In this document: positions 35,562 through 48,330 of the stretch, piece after piece
Layout: the number at the start of each line of letters is the position of its first letter
How positions within the stretch are numbered: the first letter of the stretch is position 1
NCBI RefSeq assembly: GCF_006345805.1
Contig: NC_043001.1
Span: 15,438,001-15,502,000, forward strand
Direction: 5' to 3'
Origin: Octopus sinensis
Taxonomy: Eukaryota
DNA: 64,000 nucleotides
Made by a program: the position numbers and the translations under genes
The notes under the pieces: model-generated
The model's input: the letters and a program-made list of their open reading frames with translations, nothing else
The model's database searches: none
What the model was told of the DNA's origin: nothing

Positions 35562-35853
35562 GTTTTATTGAATTTTCTGCTGCTTTAAATAAAGTAAATA
35601 CATATATATACATAAATATACAGATACATATATATATACATATATACATACATATATATATACATACATGTATATACATTCATATATATACATACATGTA
35701 TATACATACATATATATATACATATATATACATACAAACATATATATATACACACATATATATATATATATACATACATACATATATATATATACATACA
35801 TACATATATACATACATAAATACATATATATATAAATACATATATACATACAT

Positions 35854-35894
<41 letters not shown>

Positions 35895-35904
35895 TGCCAG
35901 AACA

Positions 35905-36230
35905 GGTTGACACTGTATAGTGCGAAAGATCCCAGCAACGCCATCGCGCTTCAGGACCAGTTACTGCAACAGTCTGGGTTTCAAGGGCCCACAGCTTTTT
36001 AATATTCTCCCAAAGAGCCTGAAGAACCCGCACAAAGTAGATGTAGGTGTTTTAAAGTCAAGGCTGGACCTCTTCCCAGATGAACCTACATCACGGCAAG
36101 AGGTGCAAATGAGGGTAGCTACATCAAACTCCATTCTTCACCATGTGCCAAATATTTGAGGGGGCTCTCAGTAATACCAGTGTAGCAAAAAGGCCGTGCA
36201 CCAGCATGGCCGCAGCTCTGAGCTGAAACT
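35905..36230 (+). mobile_element. CR1/L2-group LINE 3' end (ORF2 C-terminus and 3' UTR)
   Basis: [36 protein letters not shown] motif, then a 3' UTR ending ccagcatggccgcagctctgagctgaaac. Confidence 0.75.
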
Positions 36231-36339
36231 ACAAAAAAATATATATATATACATACACACAACACACACATACATACATATATATATATACATATATATA
36301 CATACTTGTACAAATAAACTTATATATATAAACATAGCA

Positions 36340-36750
36340 CAGGCGCAGGAGTGGCTGTGTGGTAAGTAGCTTGCTAACCAACCACATGGTTCCGCTTCAG
36401 TCCCACTGCATGGCATCTTGGGCAAGTGTCTTCTGCTAGCCCCGGGCCGACCAATGCCTTGTGAGTGAATTTGGATAGACGAAAACTGAAAGAAGCCTGT
36501 CGTATATATGTATATAATATATATAATATATATTATATGTATGTGTGTGTTGTTTGTCCCCCTAGCATTGCTTGACAACCGATGCTGGTGTGTTTACGTC
36601 CCCGTCACTTAGCGGTTCGGCAAAAAAGAGACCGATAGAATAAGTACTGGGCTTACAAAGAATAAGTCCCGGGGTCGATTTGCTCGACTAAAGGCGGTGC
36701 TCCAGCATGGCCGCAGTCAAATGACTGAAACAAGTGAAAGAGTGAAAGAG
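36340..36750 (+). mobile_element. SINE family A, full length
   Basis: Homology to the other copies. Confidence 0.92.
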
Positions 36751-36766
36751 TATACATATATATAAA

Positions 36767-36800
<34 letters not shown>

Positions 36801-36821
36801 AACATACATACACACACATAT

Positions 36822-36858
<37 letters not shown>

Positions 36859-37555
36859 CATACATACATATATATACATGTATGCATATGTATATTTATA
36901 TATATATATATATGTGTGTGTGTTGTGTGTGTGTGTCTGTGTGTGCGGTGTGTGTGTGAATGCATATGTGAATATATGTATATACAAGTACACACACACA
37001 CACATATAAACACACACACACACACACCACACACGTAAGTGAATTCCCTCGTTACTGCCCCAAATTTAGTAAATAAAACTTCATCCACCCTTTATTTAAT
37101 GTACACAAGTTTTAAGGTTTTTCCTTTTTTTTTTTTTGTGTAAAAATATTTTACAGAAGAAATAAATTCACTGAAGCAGAAATTATCACAGTTCTCTCTC
37201 ATGGCATATATTATTATTGTATGTCTTCTCTTAAGTAGCTGATATATTTATTTATTTATTTTTATCGTTCGCACTCAGTGACCTGCTCTGAGACATCAAC
37301 AAATAACAAGCCAAATTTTCAAGACTTGCCTTCACTGTCACAGACGTCTTTAGTTATCACCTCCCACTCAGTCTTAAAAGAAAGCTGTCTAGCTTTCTTT
37401 CCAACGAAATCAGATTCAAAAATACACACTCGTCAGATAAGGAGGTTGTTTGTGTACACAGGGACGCTCGTCTTGCTAGAAATAACAGTTAAATTTCTGT
37501 TGAACCTACTATTAAATTAGGACAGTAAGTTCAAATATGATCTCGTATCTCTTCA

Positions 37556-38180
37556 GTTTCGCTCACAGATTTGTTTTAGTTATTTTTTTTTTGTTAACTA
37601 AACAGTTTGAAACTTCGTACACTGGTGTAATTTCTCACGCTGAACACGGTTTACTTTCAACACTTTTGACAAAATTTCGTATGTTAGAAAATCATTTCGT
37701 GTTAAAGTTGTTGTATTTGGGTAATTTTAATCAATGAACGACGTGTGTTCAATTGAAGAAAGCTGCTACTGTATGTGATAGTAATCAAAGAGCATCAACT
37801 TCTGGATCATCTCTACTAAATGTTACCGCCTGATTTATTTTTGTTTACTGCTTGTGTTGCAGATTACACGCTTTGCTTTATTCTTTTGGTTTTCGATCGC
37901 CTCTTTGTACGAGAGGTGACATTTGATAGAGATGACCCGGAAGTTGTTGCTCTTCGATTACTATCGCATACAGCAGTAAGTTTCTTCAGCTGAATACACG
38001 TCATTGATTGGTTAAAATTACCCAAATACGACAACTTAAACACGAAATGATATTCTAAAATACGAAATTTTGTCAAAAATATTGAAAGTAAAACGTGTTC
38101 AGCGTGAGAAATTACACCAGTATACGAAGTTTCAAACTGTTTAGTTAAAATTAATAATTGAAAAATCTGTGAACGAAAGT
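37556..38180. repeat. Diverged ~270-bp inverted repeat (fold-back / MITE-like)
   Basis: aactaaacagtttgaaacttcgta.actggtgtaatttctcacgctgaacacg... on both strands, arms ~37556-37830 and ~37900-38180. Confidence 0.85.
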
Positions 38181-38414
38181 GAAGAGATCCTGGACCTTTT
38201 CTGTTTGGCTGCAGCTGTGGGAATTTCAAAGTTTATTGAAAATTTTTAAATTTGGTGTATTAATGTGGTTTTCCAAGCTGAAACTCAAGAGATATTTCAA
38301 TTTTTCCAGAAGCATGTTTGATAAAAGTTATAGAGGTTTAAATTTTGATAATTTTCACACAGTCAAAAATAGGATTTGTAATCAAACTTCTCTGCAAATT
38401 TGAACCGACTCTCT

Positions 38415-38665
38415 TTCTCTTCTTCTCTCTTTTACTTGTTTCAGTCATTTGACTGCGGCCATGCTGGAGCACCGCCTTTAGTCGAGCAAATCGACTGCAG
38501 GACTTATTCTTTATAAGCCTAGTACTTATTCTATCGGTCTGTTTTGCAGAACCGCTAAGTTACGGGGACATAAACACACCAGCATCGGTTGTCAAGCGAT
38601 GTTAGGGGGACAAACACAGACGCACAACATATATACATACATATATATATATTATATATATATAT

Positions 38666-38699
<34 letters not shown>

Positions 38700-38860
38700 C
38701 TACGGCGGGCTTCTTTCAGTTTCCGTCTACCAAATCCACTCACAAGGCTTTGGTCGGCCCGAGGCTATAGTAGAAGACACTTGCCCAAGGTGCCACACAG
38801 TGGGACTGAAGCCGGAACCATGTGGTTGGTAAGCAAGCTACTTACCACACAGCCACTCTT
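38415..38860 (-). mobile_element. SINE family A, full length
   Basis: Homology to the other copies. Confidence 0.92.
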
Positions 38861-39028
38861 GAAAAAAAAGGAGGAAGGACACTTTGGCAATGTAGCATGC
38901 AACGATCAGTGACTGAAATCCTATGTCGGTATTGTTCACAAATGTATGACAAACTTCATCATTAACTGTTGCTTGTTTCAGTCAGTGGGACATGGCCATG
39001 TTGGGGCATCGCTTCGAAGGGTTTAGGC

Positions 39029-39112
39029 CAGTGGTTCCGAACCTGTGGTCCGCGGACTCCTGGTAGTTCACAAAATGGTAGTACTGGGGCCCGTGAACTA
39101 AATTCAAATTTA

Positions 39113-39177
<65 letters not shown>

Positions 39178-39257
39178 ATAAGCATGTTAAATATGGTCCG
39201 TGAAAAACTCATTTAAATAAAATGGGTCCTTGGTGTTGAAAAGGTTGGGTTCCACTG
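39029..39257. mobile_element. hAT-type MITE inserted in a SINE A copy
   Basis: TIR cagtggttccgaacc / ggttgggttccactg; TSD gtttaggc / atttagtc. Confidence 0.7.
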
Positions 39258-40269
39258 ATTTAGTCGAACAAATCCAGCCTAGAAATTACTTTTTTTTTCT
39301 TTTAGCTTCGTACTTGTATCGTTCTCTTTTGCTCAACCGCTAAGTTACCAGCGCGTAAACAAATCAACACCGCTTGTCGAGCGGATTGGGGAGACAAACA
39401 CACACACACACACACACACATACACACACACACACACATACACTTCACACATATACACACATACACAAATACACATACATTCATTTATATATATACGACA
39501 GGCTTCCTGACAGTTTCCGTCTATGAAATTCACTTACAAGGCATTGGTCAGCCTGGGACTATTGTAGGAGAAGCTCAAGATGCTTGAAACTAAACAGTGT
39601 CAAAGTAAGCTTCTTCTAAACCGCACAGTCAGATCTGCGCTCATAAATAATTTTTAAAATACATGCATACATACGATTATGATGATGGCTGTCTACTCGC
39701 GACCGAAGAAGGCTATCACTGAGCATTGCCCATGCAAAATGCCAGCAATGCTCATGCATGTGTGGGAGTGACCGACACTCCGTCGTTCCATAACCATTCT
39801 CTGTGAGACATGTGGAATGAGACAGATAGCATTAAATTGTAACAGACTGTCAGTGACTCGGTTTTGTCTCAAATGACACCGTCTTAGCCAGTCCACCTAA
39901 CGTTGCCTTCCTCTGCTATTTCAAACGTTATTGAGATCAGCAATTGTCGTCGTCTTCTTCTTCTTCGTCTTCGTCTTCTTCTTCTTCCTCTTCTTCTTCT
40001 TCATCTTCTTCTTCTTCTTCTCCTTCTTCCAATCAGGACTCACGCCATTAGCCACAAAGAATAATCTCTAATTCGAGCCTACTCTAAGCTACTAAGAATG
40101 CGATAGACTGGCGGTTGCACGGGCGCGAAAGCTACGTTGTTATCCTCATTCCATAAACGGTAGCTTTTAACGGGTGGAGAGCTGAACTATCCTGGGGGTA
40201 GAGAGGATTCGCAATCTAGACTAGGGTCTGAAACTTTTACCACACCATAGTTGGTTACACCATGGTTCC

Positions 40270-40452
40270 TCTGCTTTGTGGCAGAAGTACGAAAAAAAGT
40301 GAGAGAAAGTTGTGGTGAAAGAGTACGCCGGAGCCTCGTGGAACTCAGGTGTTTTTGTTCAATAAACACTCACAATGCCCGGTCTGGGAATCGAAACCGC
40401 GATCTTACGACCGCGAGTCCGCTGCCCTAACCACTGGGCCATTGCGCCTCCG
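40270..40452 (-). mobile_element. SINE family C/D head
   Basis: Reverse complement ggaggcgcaatggcccagtggttagggcagcggactcgcgg...gtttcgattccc. Confidence 0.85.
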
Positions 40453-40549
40453 CAACAATTGTTGTTGCCTATAACTGCTGTTCTGCATTTGGGGAGTTCA
40501 AGAGGGATTGTACATGTTCATTCTGTGTCTCCATCTATTTCTTTTTTAT

Positions 40550-40649
40550 NNNNNNNNNNNNNNNNNNNNNNNNNNNNNNNNNNNNNNNNNNNNNNNNNNN
40601 NNNNNNNNNNNNNNNNNNNNNNNNNNNNNNNNNNNNNNNNNNNNNNNNN
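40550..40649. other. Assembly gap (100 N)
   Basis: Run of N. Confidence 1.
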
Positions 40650-41043
40650 ATTTTTTACTTGTTTCAGTCATTGGACTGCGGCCATTCTGGGGCACCGTTT
40701 TGTGGAGTTTTTAGATGAACGAATCAACCCCAGTACTTATTGTAAGCCTGGTGCTTATTCTATCGGTCTTTTTTGCCGAACCGCAAAGTGACGGGGTCAT
40801 GAAAACAACAACACTACTTGTCAAGCTGTGATGGGGACAAACACAAACACACACACGCGCGCACGTGCACAGCGGGTTTCTTTCAGTTTCCTTCCACCAA
40901 ATCTACTCACAATGCTTTGGTCAACCAGAGGCTACAGTAGAAGGCATTTCTCCAAGGTGCTACACGTGGAATTGAACCCAGAATCGTGTGCTTCGAAAGC
41001 AAACTTCTAGCCAGGCATCCACGTCTGCGCTATATTTGTGTAC

Positions 41044-41093
<50 letters not shown>

Positions 41094-41669
41094 TTTATAC
41101 ACATGCACACAGACACCAAATATGCACGTGATCAACATTAAGTTGACATAGTTAAGCTGTATGAGATATTTTTATGCAGAGGAATTCGCGATGTATAAAA
41201 ATCTAGTCTTAAAGAAACATATTTTTAGTTTTACATAAATATTTATTGAATAAATAGTTATCTACACATGCCCATAGATACACGCATGCACGTGCACACA
41301 TGGGTGCGCGCATACATTCACCGACGAACGCGTAAATACGCAAACATATGTGTGTATGTATATTTAGCCCCAGGCTAAACCTGCCTGGGCAGACTTGCTG
41401 CCAATTGTATTCTAGCCGTGACCATCATGATTTTGTTCTATATTTAGTCCGACATTGTTTATCCAGACTTTACCGCCAGAATTTGACCGTTAGGTTTCCA
41501 CGTCACCTGACACGTATTTCGGCTGTTACAGTTATACGTCATCTGTCACGTGCTTATCCCGTATACAACGAGTGTATGTTGTGTCAGTCTGTTTGTTTTA
41601 ACTTTGTGTTGTGATGTGAATGTTGCTGCTATAATTAATCCTCTATTTTTGTTAGAATTTTATGAAATA

Positions 41670-42039
41670 CTAGCACTATGATCCGGCAACGCCGGGTCAT
41701 AGTGCTAGTGCATGCATATACAGCTGCGTGCGTGCGTGCGCACATACACGCAAGTACTGTCCAAATCTCCGACCAATCACATACAGCTAGTTGGCATTCA
41801 ATTGGTATATCAAGTTTCGGGCATTTTGATTGGGTTTTGGATAGAAAATTCACAAAAAAGTCACTTCTATTGATTTTTTTAATGGCTTTGCGGGGATGAC
41901 TAGGGAAATGTAAAGATGTGCACAACCACCCTTGAACGGTTTTGAATGACCATAGAAAGTGCGAGCCCTCTAACTGAAAAATTGTGGATTTGTATAAAGG
42001 ACACACACGCAGACATTTTGCCGTTTATATATAGAGAGA
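41670..42039 (-). mobile_element. Non-autonomous Helitron, second family
   Basis: Minus strand A|TCtctctatatataaacggc...ccggcgttgccgg hairpin...CTAG|T. Confidence 0.75.
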
Positions 42040-42494
42040 TTTATGTATCATCCGTTAATATTTTTCGATGTTGCTTTGTTTTATGTTGTGTGAAGTAGCT
42101 TGTTGCAGTTGCTCGTTGTAAATGCATACGGAGTCTACGAGAGAGTGTTGTACTCGTCTGATCAAATGTAACAGAATCACGACGTTTGCGATTTTCACTT
42201 TCACGCTGAAATTTATAAATTGCATTGGTCAAGCTTGTTCTCGGTTTCATATGATATTAACTTTGGCCATTAAAACAACTGTTCATACACACGGCCAAAT
42301 GGCTGAAGAACTCGCGTTGCATAATAAACATTATTAAATTCATAGTTAGAACGGGTACAAACACCAGATCGAACAACTACATATTCTTTGGCCAAAGACA
42401 TCTGTAAAAAAAGATTGCGGAATAATTGTATGCCAATACCAATACAGTAGACTTGTTTGCATAAAAGTTCAAGGATATCTAAAGACTCATTTGC

Positions 42495-42917
42495 TCGAAA
42501 TTCCCACAGACATAGTTGTCCGAAATTCCCACAGACTCGTTTGCCCCAAATTCCCACAGACTCGTTTGCCCCAAATTCCCACAGACTCATTTGCCCAAAA
42601 TTCCCACAGACTCATTTACCCAAAATTCCCACAGACACATTTGCCCAAAATTCCCACAGACTCATTTGCCCAAAATTTCCAGACTCGTTTGCCCAAAATC
42701 CCTACAGACTCATTTGCCCAAAATTCCCACAAACTCATTTGCCCAAAATTTCCACGGACTCATTTGCACAAAATTCTCACAGACTCATTTGCACAAAATT
42801 CCCAAAGATTCATTTGCCCAAAATTCCCAAACTCACTTGCCGAAAATTCCCAAACTCATTTGCCCAAAATTCCCACAGACTCATTTGCCCGAAACTCCCA
42901 CAGACTCATTCGCCCGA
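42495..42917. repeat. ~25-bp minisatellite (tttgcccaaaattcccacagactca), about 17 copies
   Basis: Directly visible tandem units without spacers. Confidence 0.95.
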
Positions 42918-43574
42918 AACGAGAGAGGGAGTAGGCAGACATACATACAATTTTTTTTTTAAACTCTGAAGTCTATAAAAACTTGACAGAAACTATTTTC
43001 CGACGTCTGCAGTGAAAGTGAAACTGAATCAGTGCCCAGGTCGCAGACAGAGGCGACGCAAATTATCAGCCTCCTCACAAAGTTATAACCACATGAACAC
43101 AACAGTTTTTGTGCCTTCTTAAATGACTTCAATGACTCTTTTACAATGTGTGAAAGAATATTCTATAATGAAGTCCACGTTATTATGTTTAGCATAATAT
43201 ATTTATGGGAAAAGGGGTGAATGAAAGAGCGCGCGCGTGTGGTGTGCTGTGTGTGAGTGTGAGTTGTCTAAAAGTATATTCTCTTATCTCCATATATTTA
43301 GATAAGGATAGCTTTGTGTATTGAGCTATATACATGAACACATGTCGGTAAATATTGCTTTTATGAAACAACCGTATCATGTATAGCGGGATGCGTGTAC
43401 GAAGATATATACACACACACACGCACACACACATATATATATACACACACACACATATATACACACACACACACATACACATATATATATATATGTGTAT
43501 GTATATATGTATATATATATCTCTATATATAAAATATATATATATAAATGCATATATATGTGTATGTGTGCATT

Positions 43575-43613
<39 letters not shown>

Positions 43614-44223
43614 ATTTATAAATGCATATATATGTGTATGTGTGCATTTATATATATATATATTTGTACATTTATATATTATTATAATAAGAGATCATAT
43701 ATTGCATACATATATGCACATGTATATATATGTATTTGTGTGTGTGTGTGGTGTGTGTGTGTGTGGTGTGTATTTATAGGGTTTATAAATTTCTAATGTA
43801 ACTTTTATTGACATTGCCGTATATATTTGTACTTTTGAATTTGTTCGGTAAGGGAGGTGGGTGAAATCTACACACATGACAGAAGTATATATATATACAT
43901 GTTCATATGAAGGATGAAGGTATATGTAAATCAGCATTTGTGCATTGATACGAATACACACACCACCAGTACATATGTGTGTGTGTGTGCGCGCGTGTAT
44001 GTCTGTATTTATGTGTGTATGTGTATGTGTAAATATATACTATATATATATATATATATATATAATATGGGTGGCTTGTGTATATTTATATATGTATATA
44101 TAGTTATATATTTGGATGTATATGTGCATTTGGAGAGGGGGAGGAGAGAGGGGAGGAGTGAGGAGGAGGAGGAGGGGATCCAGGCAGACATATATATGTA
44201 TATATGTATGTACGTATGTATGT

Positions 44224-44265
<42 letters not shown>

Positions 44266-44627
44266 GCGCGCGTAGCAAGCCTATTAACCAAACTATGTCT
44301 GTTGACATTAACTCAGTAAAGAAAATAAGGGTCGACCTTGCGCTCAGCGATTTATCAGTCGTGTCCCTCCTCCATGCCTCCCTTTATCTTGTGGGATTCT
44401 TTATTTAACTACACCCTTTCTCCGGGTGACTCCTCTTACTGAAAATACCCGTTCCCCCCTCCCCCACCTTAATAATTGGTTTCTGGTTTAGGCACAGGGC
44501 CAGTAATTTTGAACAGGTTTAGTCAATACAATCGGAGCAAGAAGAAATGTCGAATGGCATTTTGTTCGATGCGCTGAAGATTTTGCCCATCTAACCCCAC
44601 CCCCTTATATGTATTCAATAATTGGGC

Positions 44628-44873
44628 TCCCCATGCCGGTGGCACGTAAAAAGCACCATCCGAACTTGGCCGATGCCAGTGCCGCCTGACTGGCTCCTGT
44701 GCCGGTGGATCGTAAAAAGTACCCATTACATTCTCGGAGTGGTTGGCGTTAGGAAGGGCATCCAGCTGTAGAAACCTTGCCAGATCAGATTGGAGCCTGG
44801 TGTAGCCTCCTGGCTTGTCAGTCCCCTAGTCAAACCGTCCAACCCATGCCAGCATGGAAAATGGACGTTAAAC

Positions 44874-44907
<34 letters not shown>
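44628..44907 (+). mobile_element. SINE family E with (GAT)n tail
   Basis: Homology to 6167-6642. Confidence 0.85.
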
Positions 44908-44909
<2 letters not shown>

Positions 44910-45904
44910 AAGTCAGAAATTTTGAGGGGAGGGCTTAGTTGATACCATCCGTCCTCGTACTTGACTGTTACTTTATTTTATCAACCCCGAATGGATGAAA
45001 TGTAAGGTTGACCCTGGTGGGATCTGAACTGAAAACATAAAGGGCCGGAAGAAATACAACAAGGCATTTTTACCGATACTACCAATTCGACCAGTTCACT
45101 GTCTTCTTCTACAGCCTTTTTTTTCTCTACAATAGACACAAGACCTGAAATATTGGTGTGGAGAACGGGGTGGAGGAGCAGTCTATTCGATTGCATCGAC
45201 CCCAGTACTCAACTGGATCTTATTTCATCACTCCCAAAAGGATTAAAAATGAAATTGTTCTCTGCAGAATTTGAACACATATCGTAAAGTCAGAAATACC
45301 ACTGAGCTTTTCGACGTCTTATAATTGCTGTCACGCACAAAATGACAGCATCCAAATCCTGTCTTCTGACTAGGTAGAAATTATCAAGGTTTTAACTTCT
45401 GTAACGTTTTCAAAGATTTTTTTCTGAAACAGGATTCAGCGTGAAAAATTACGTCGATATACCAAATTTGAAAATTTTCACTCAATTTTCTTAACCGCAT
45501 AACATCGGTTGACATAAGTTTACATGCGTTGTGTACTCAATTCAAATCATATGACGAAAATATACGCAACCGTATGTGTTGCGGTTTTGTACCTGATTGT
45601 GTACCGGTTGATATAAATATCTGCTACCAATCACGGAATCGATAATAGAGGCCACCGTGCAAATTTCAAAGACTCTGATAGGTTTCTTCGACTCGTCATG
45701 TAAATATTTCCAACTCAGTTCGAGACGTCATCACCATAATAGCACAGAAGCAGCGGTTTTGGCAGTAACTCTACCGTTTTCATTATGACTTCCTATTAAA
45801 TTCGTACACGTTCAGCAAATTCTTCTGGTCCTTCACGAGTCGCATCCAGCCATGCCAGTTTCGTTGAATTTACAGTCCTCGCAGAGATAAAAGTTTACAT
45901 AAAT

Positions 45905-46124
45905 AATCACTACGCTATATGCCCACAGGCATATAGCGTAGTGATTAAGAGCGCGGGCTACTAACCCCGAGATTCCGTGTTCAATTCTACGCAGTGACTT
46001 GAATACATAATAATAATAATAATAATATCATCAAAAAATACCTTAAGAATGTGGAACCAGGGTTGGGTTCAAAATTCCACCAGGACACCTGATGAAGGCT
46101 GGAGATTAAATCAGCGGAAACGTT
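45905..46124 (+). mobile_element. tRNA-headed SINE carrying a hammerhead ribozyme and a 19-bp 5' inverted duplication
   Basis: A box tagcgtagtga at 45934, B box gttcaattc at 45979, (AAT)n linker, acac-CTGATGA-a-ggctg/cagc(g)-GAAA-cg-TT at 46085-46124. Confidence 0.75.
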
Positions 46125-46127
46125 TTA

Positions 46128-46530
46128 TAGGCGTAGGAGTGGCTGTGTGGTAAGTTGCTTGCTTACGAACCACATGATTCCGGGTTCAGTCCCACTGCGT
46201 GGCACCTTGGGCACTTCTACTATAGCCTCGGGCCGACCAAAGCCTTGTGAGTGGATTTGGTAGACGGAAACTGAAAAAGGCCCGTCGTATATATGTGTGT
46301 GTGTGTGTCTATACGTTTGTGTGTCTGTGTTTGTCCCCCCCAACATCGCTTCACAAACGATGTTGGTGTATTTACGCCCCCTCAACTTAGCGGTTCGGCA
46401 AAGGGGACCAATAGAATAAGTACTAGGCTTACAAAGAATAAGTCCTGGGGTCGATTTGCTCGGCTAAAAGGCGGTGCACCAGCATGGCCACAGTCAAATG
46501 ACTGAAACAAATAAAAGAGTAAAAGAGTGC
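46128..46530 (+). mobile_element. SINE family A, full length
   Basis: Homology to the other copies. Confidence 0.9.
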
Positions 46531-46644
46531 ATGCTTTAAAGAGGTGCACTAATTGCTGATCTCGGCCAAGGTGATTACCGTCAGTGCAACCTAGTTGCCT
46601 GCTAAAAAACCGTGGTCATGGGGTTAAAAATTTGGACAGAGCCT

Positions 46645-47210
46645 GCACACAACCACGCCTGTGCCTGCACAGGGCCACGCCCGCACACAGCCACATACAC
46701 ACGCCTGCATACAGCCACACCTGCACACAGCCACGCCTACGCCTGCACAAAGCTACGCCTGCATACAGACATGCTTGCACACAGCCACGCCTGCACCTGC
46801 ACATAGCTACGCCCGCACGCAGCCACGTCTGCGCGTGCACACAGCCACGCCTGGACACAGCCATGCCTGCACACAGCCACGCCTGCATACAGCCACACCT
46901 GCATACAGCCACGCCTGCATACAGCCACGCCTGTGCCTGCACATAGCTACGCCCGCACACAGCCACGCCCGCATACAGCCACGCCTGCATACAGTCACGC
47001 CCGCGCCTGTACACAGCCACGCCTGCGCCTGCACACAGCCATGCCCGCATACAGCCACGCCTGCATACAGTCACGCCCGCGCCTGTACACAGCCACGCCT
47101 GCGCCTGCACACAGCCATGCCCGCATACAGCCACGCCTGCATACAGTCACGCCTGTGCCTGCACACAGCCACGTCCGCGCCTGCGCACAGCCACGCCTGT
47201 GCCTGCACGC
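46645..47210. repeat. GC-rich minisatellite with 16/22-bp units (gcacacagccacgcct[gcgcct])
   Basis: Directly visible. Confidence 0.95.
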
Positions 47211-47283
47211 TCTTCGACAGAAAGGATTAAGACGAAGAAAAAACGGAGAGGAAAAAATGTATAGAAATTAACGGTTCAACATG

Positions 47284-47327
<44 letters not shown>

Positions 47328-47814
47328 CATACATACACCTTTCACTTTCCATCTACCAAATCTACTGACAAAGTTCTGGTCGACTTGCTATAGTAGGAGA
47401 TACTTGCCCAGAGTGGGACAGAACCCAAAACGATGTGGCTGGGAAGCAAATTGTTTACCACACGGCCATACCATCTGAGAATAAATGCGTAATAAATGCG
47501 AAAGTCATGGTAGGAACACTCTTGATTATTGATCTGCTCACAGAGTATCAACTGCCCTTCTCTGCAGACCCACAGGATGTGTTGGTTGTTGTCTGTGATG
47601 TATTATTGTATGAGGTCACAGAGGGACATTTGATATCACGTGTCAGATCGGATATCGTGGAGATCATCAGTATGTGATATATGATAGAATGTCATGTTGT
47701 AGTAATGGCCTACTGGTGTTTACCTCTAACCCCAGCAACACGCAACGTACACACACACACACACACACACACACATACTCACGCACACATACATACACAG
47801 ACATACATAGACAT

Positions 47815-48330
47815 ATACACACATGCATACACAAACACACAAACATACACACACATATACACACATGCATTCACAAACACACAAACATACACACACACAT
47901 ATACACACATGCATACACAAACACACAAACATACACACACACATATACACACATGCATACACAAACACACAAACATACACACACACATATACACACATGC
48001 ATACACAAACACACAAACATACACACACACATATACACACATGCATACACAAACACACAAACATACACACACACATATACACACATGCATACACAAACAC
48101 ACAAACATACACACACATATACACACATGCATACACAAACACACAAACATACACACACATATACACACATGCATACACAAACACACAAACATACACACAC
48201 ACATATACACACATGCATACACAAACACACAAACATACACACACATATACACACATGCATACACAAACACACAAACATACACACACACATATACACACAT
48301 GCATACACAAACACACAAACATACACACGC
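47815..48330. repeat. ~40-bp CA-derived minisatellite
   Basis: acacacatatacacacatgcatacacaaacacacaaacat repeated about 12 times. Confidence 0.95.

Noticed and set aside
42495-42917. CRISPR-like regular repeats (also considered 11140-11880 and 13858-14330)
   Set aside because: No unique spacers, eukaryotic context, no cas genes; these are minisatellite or SINE multimers.
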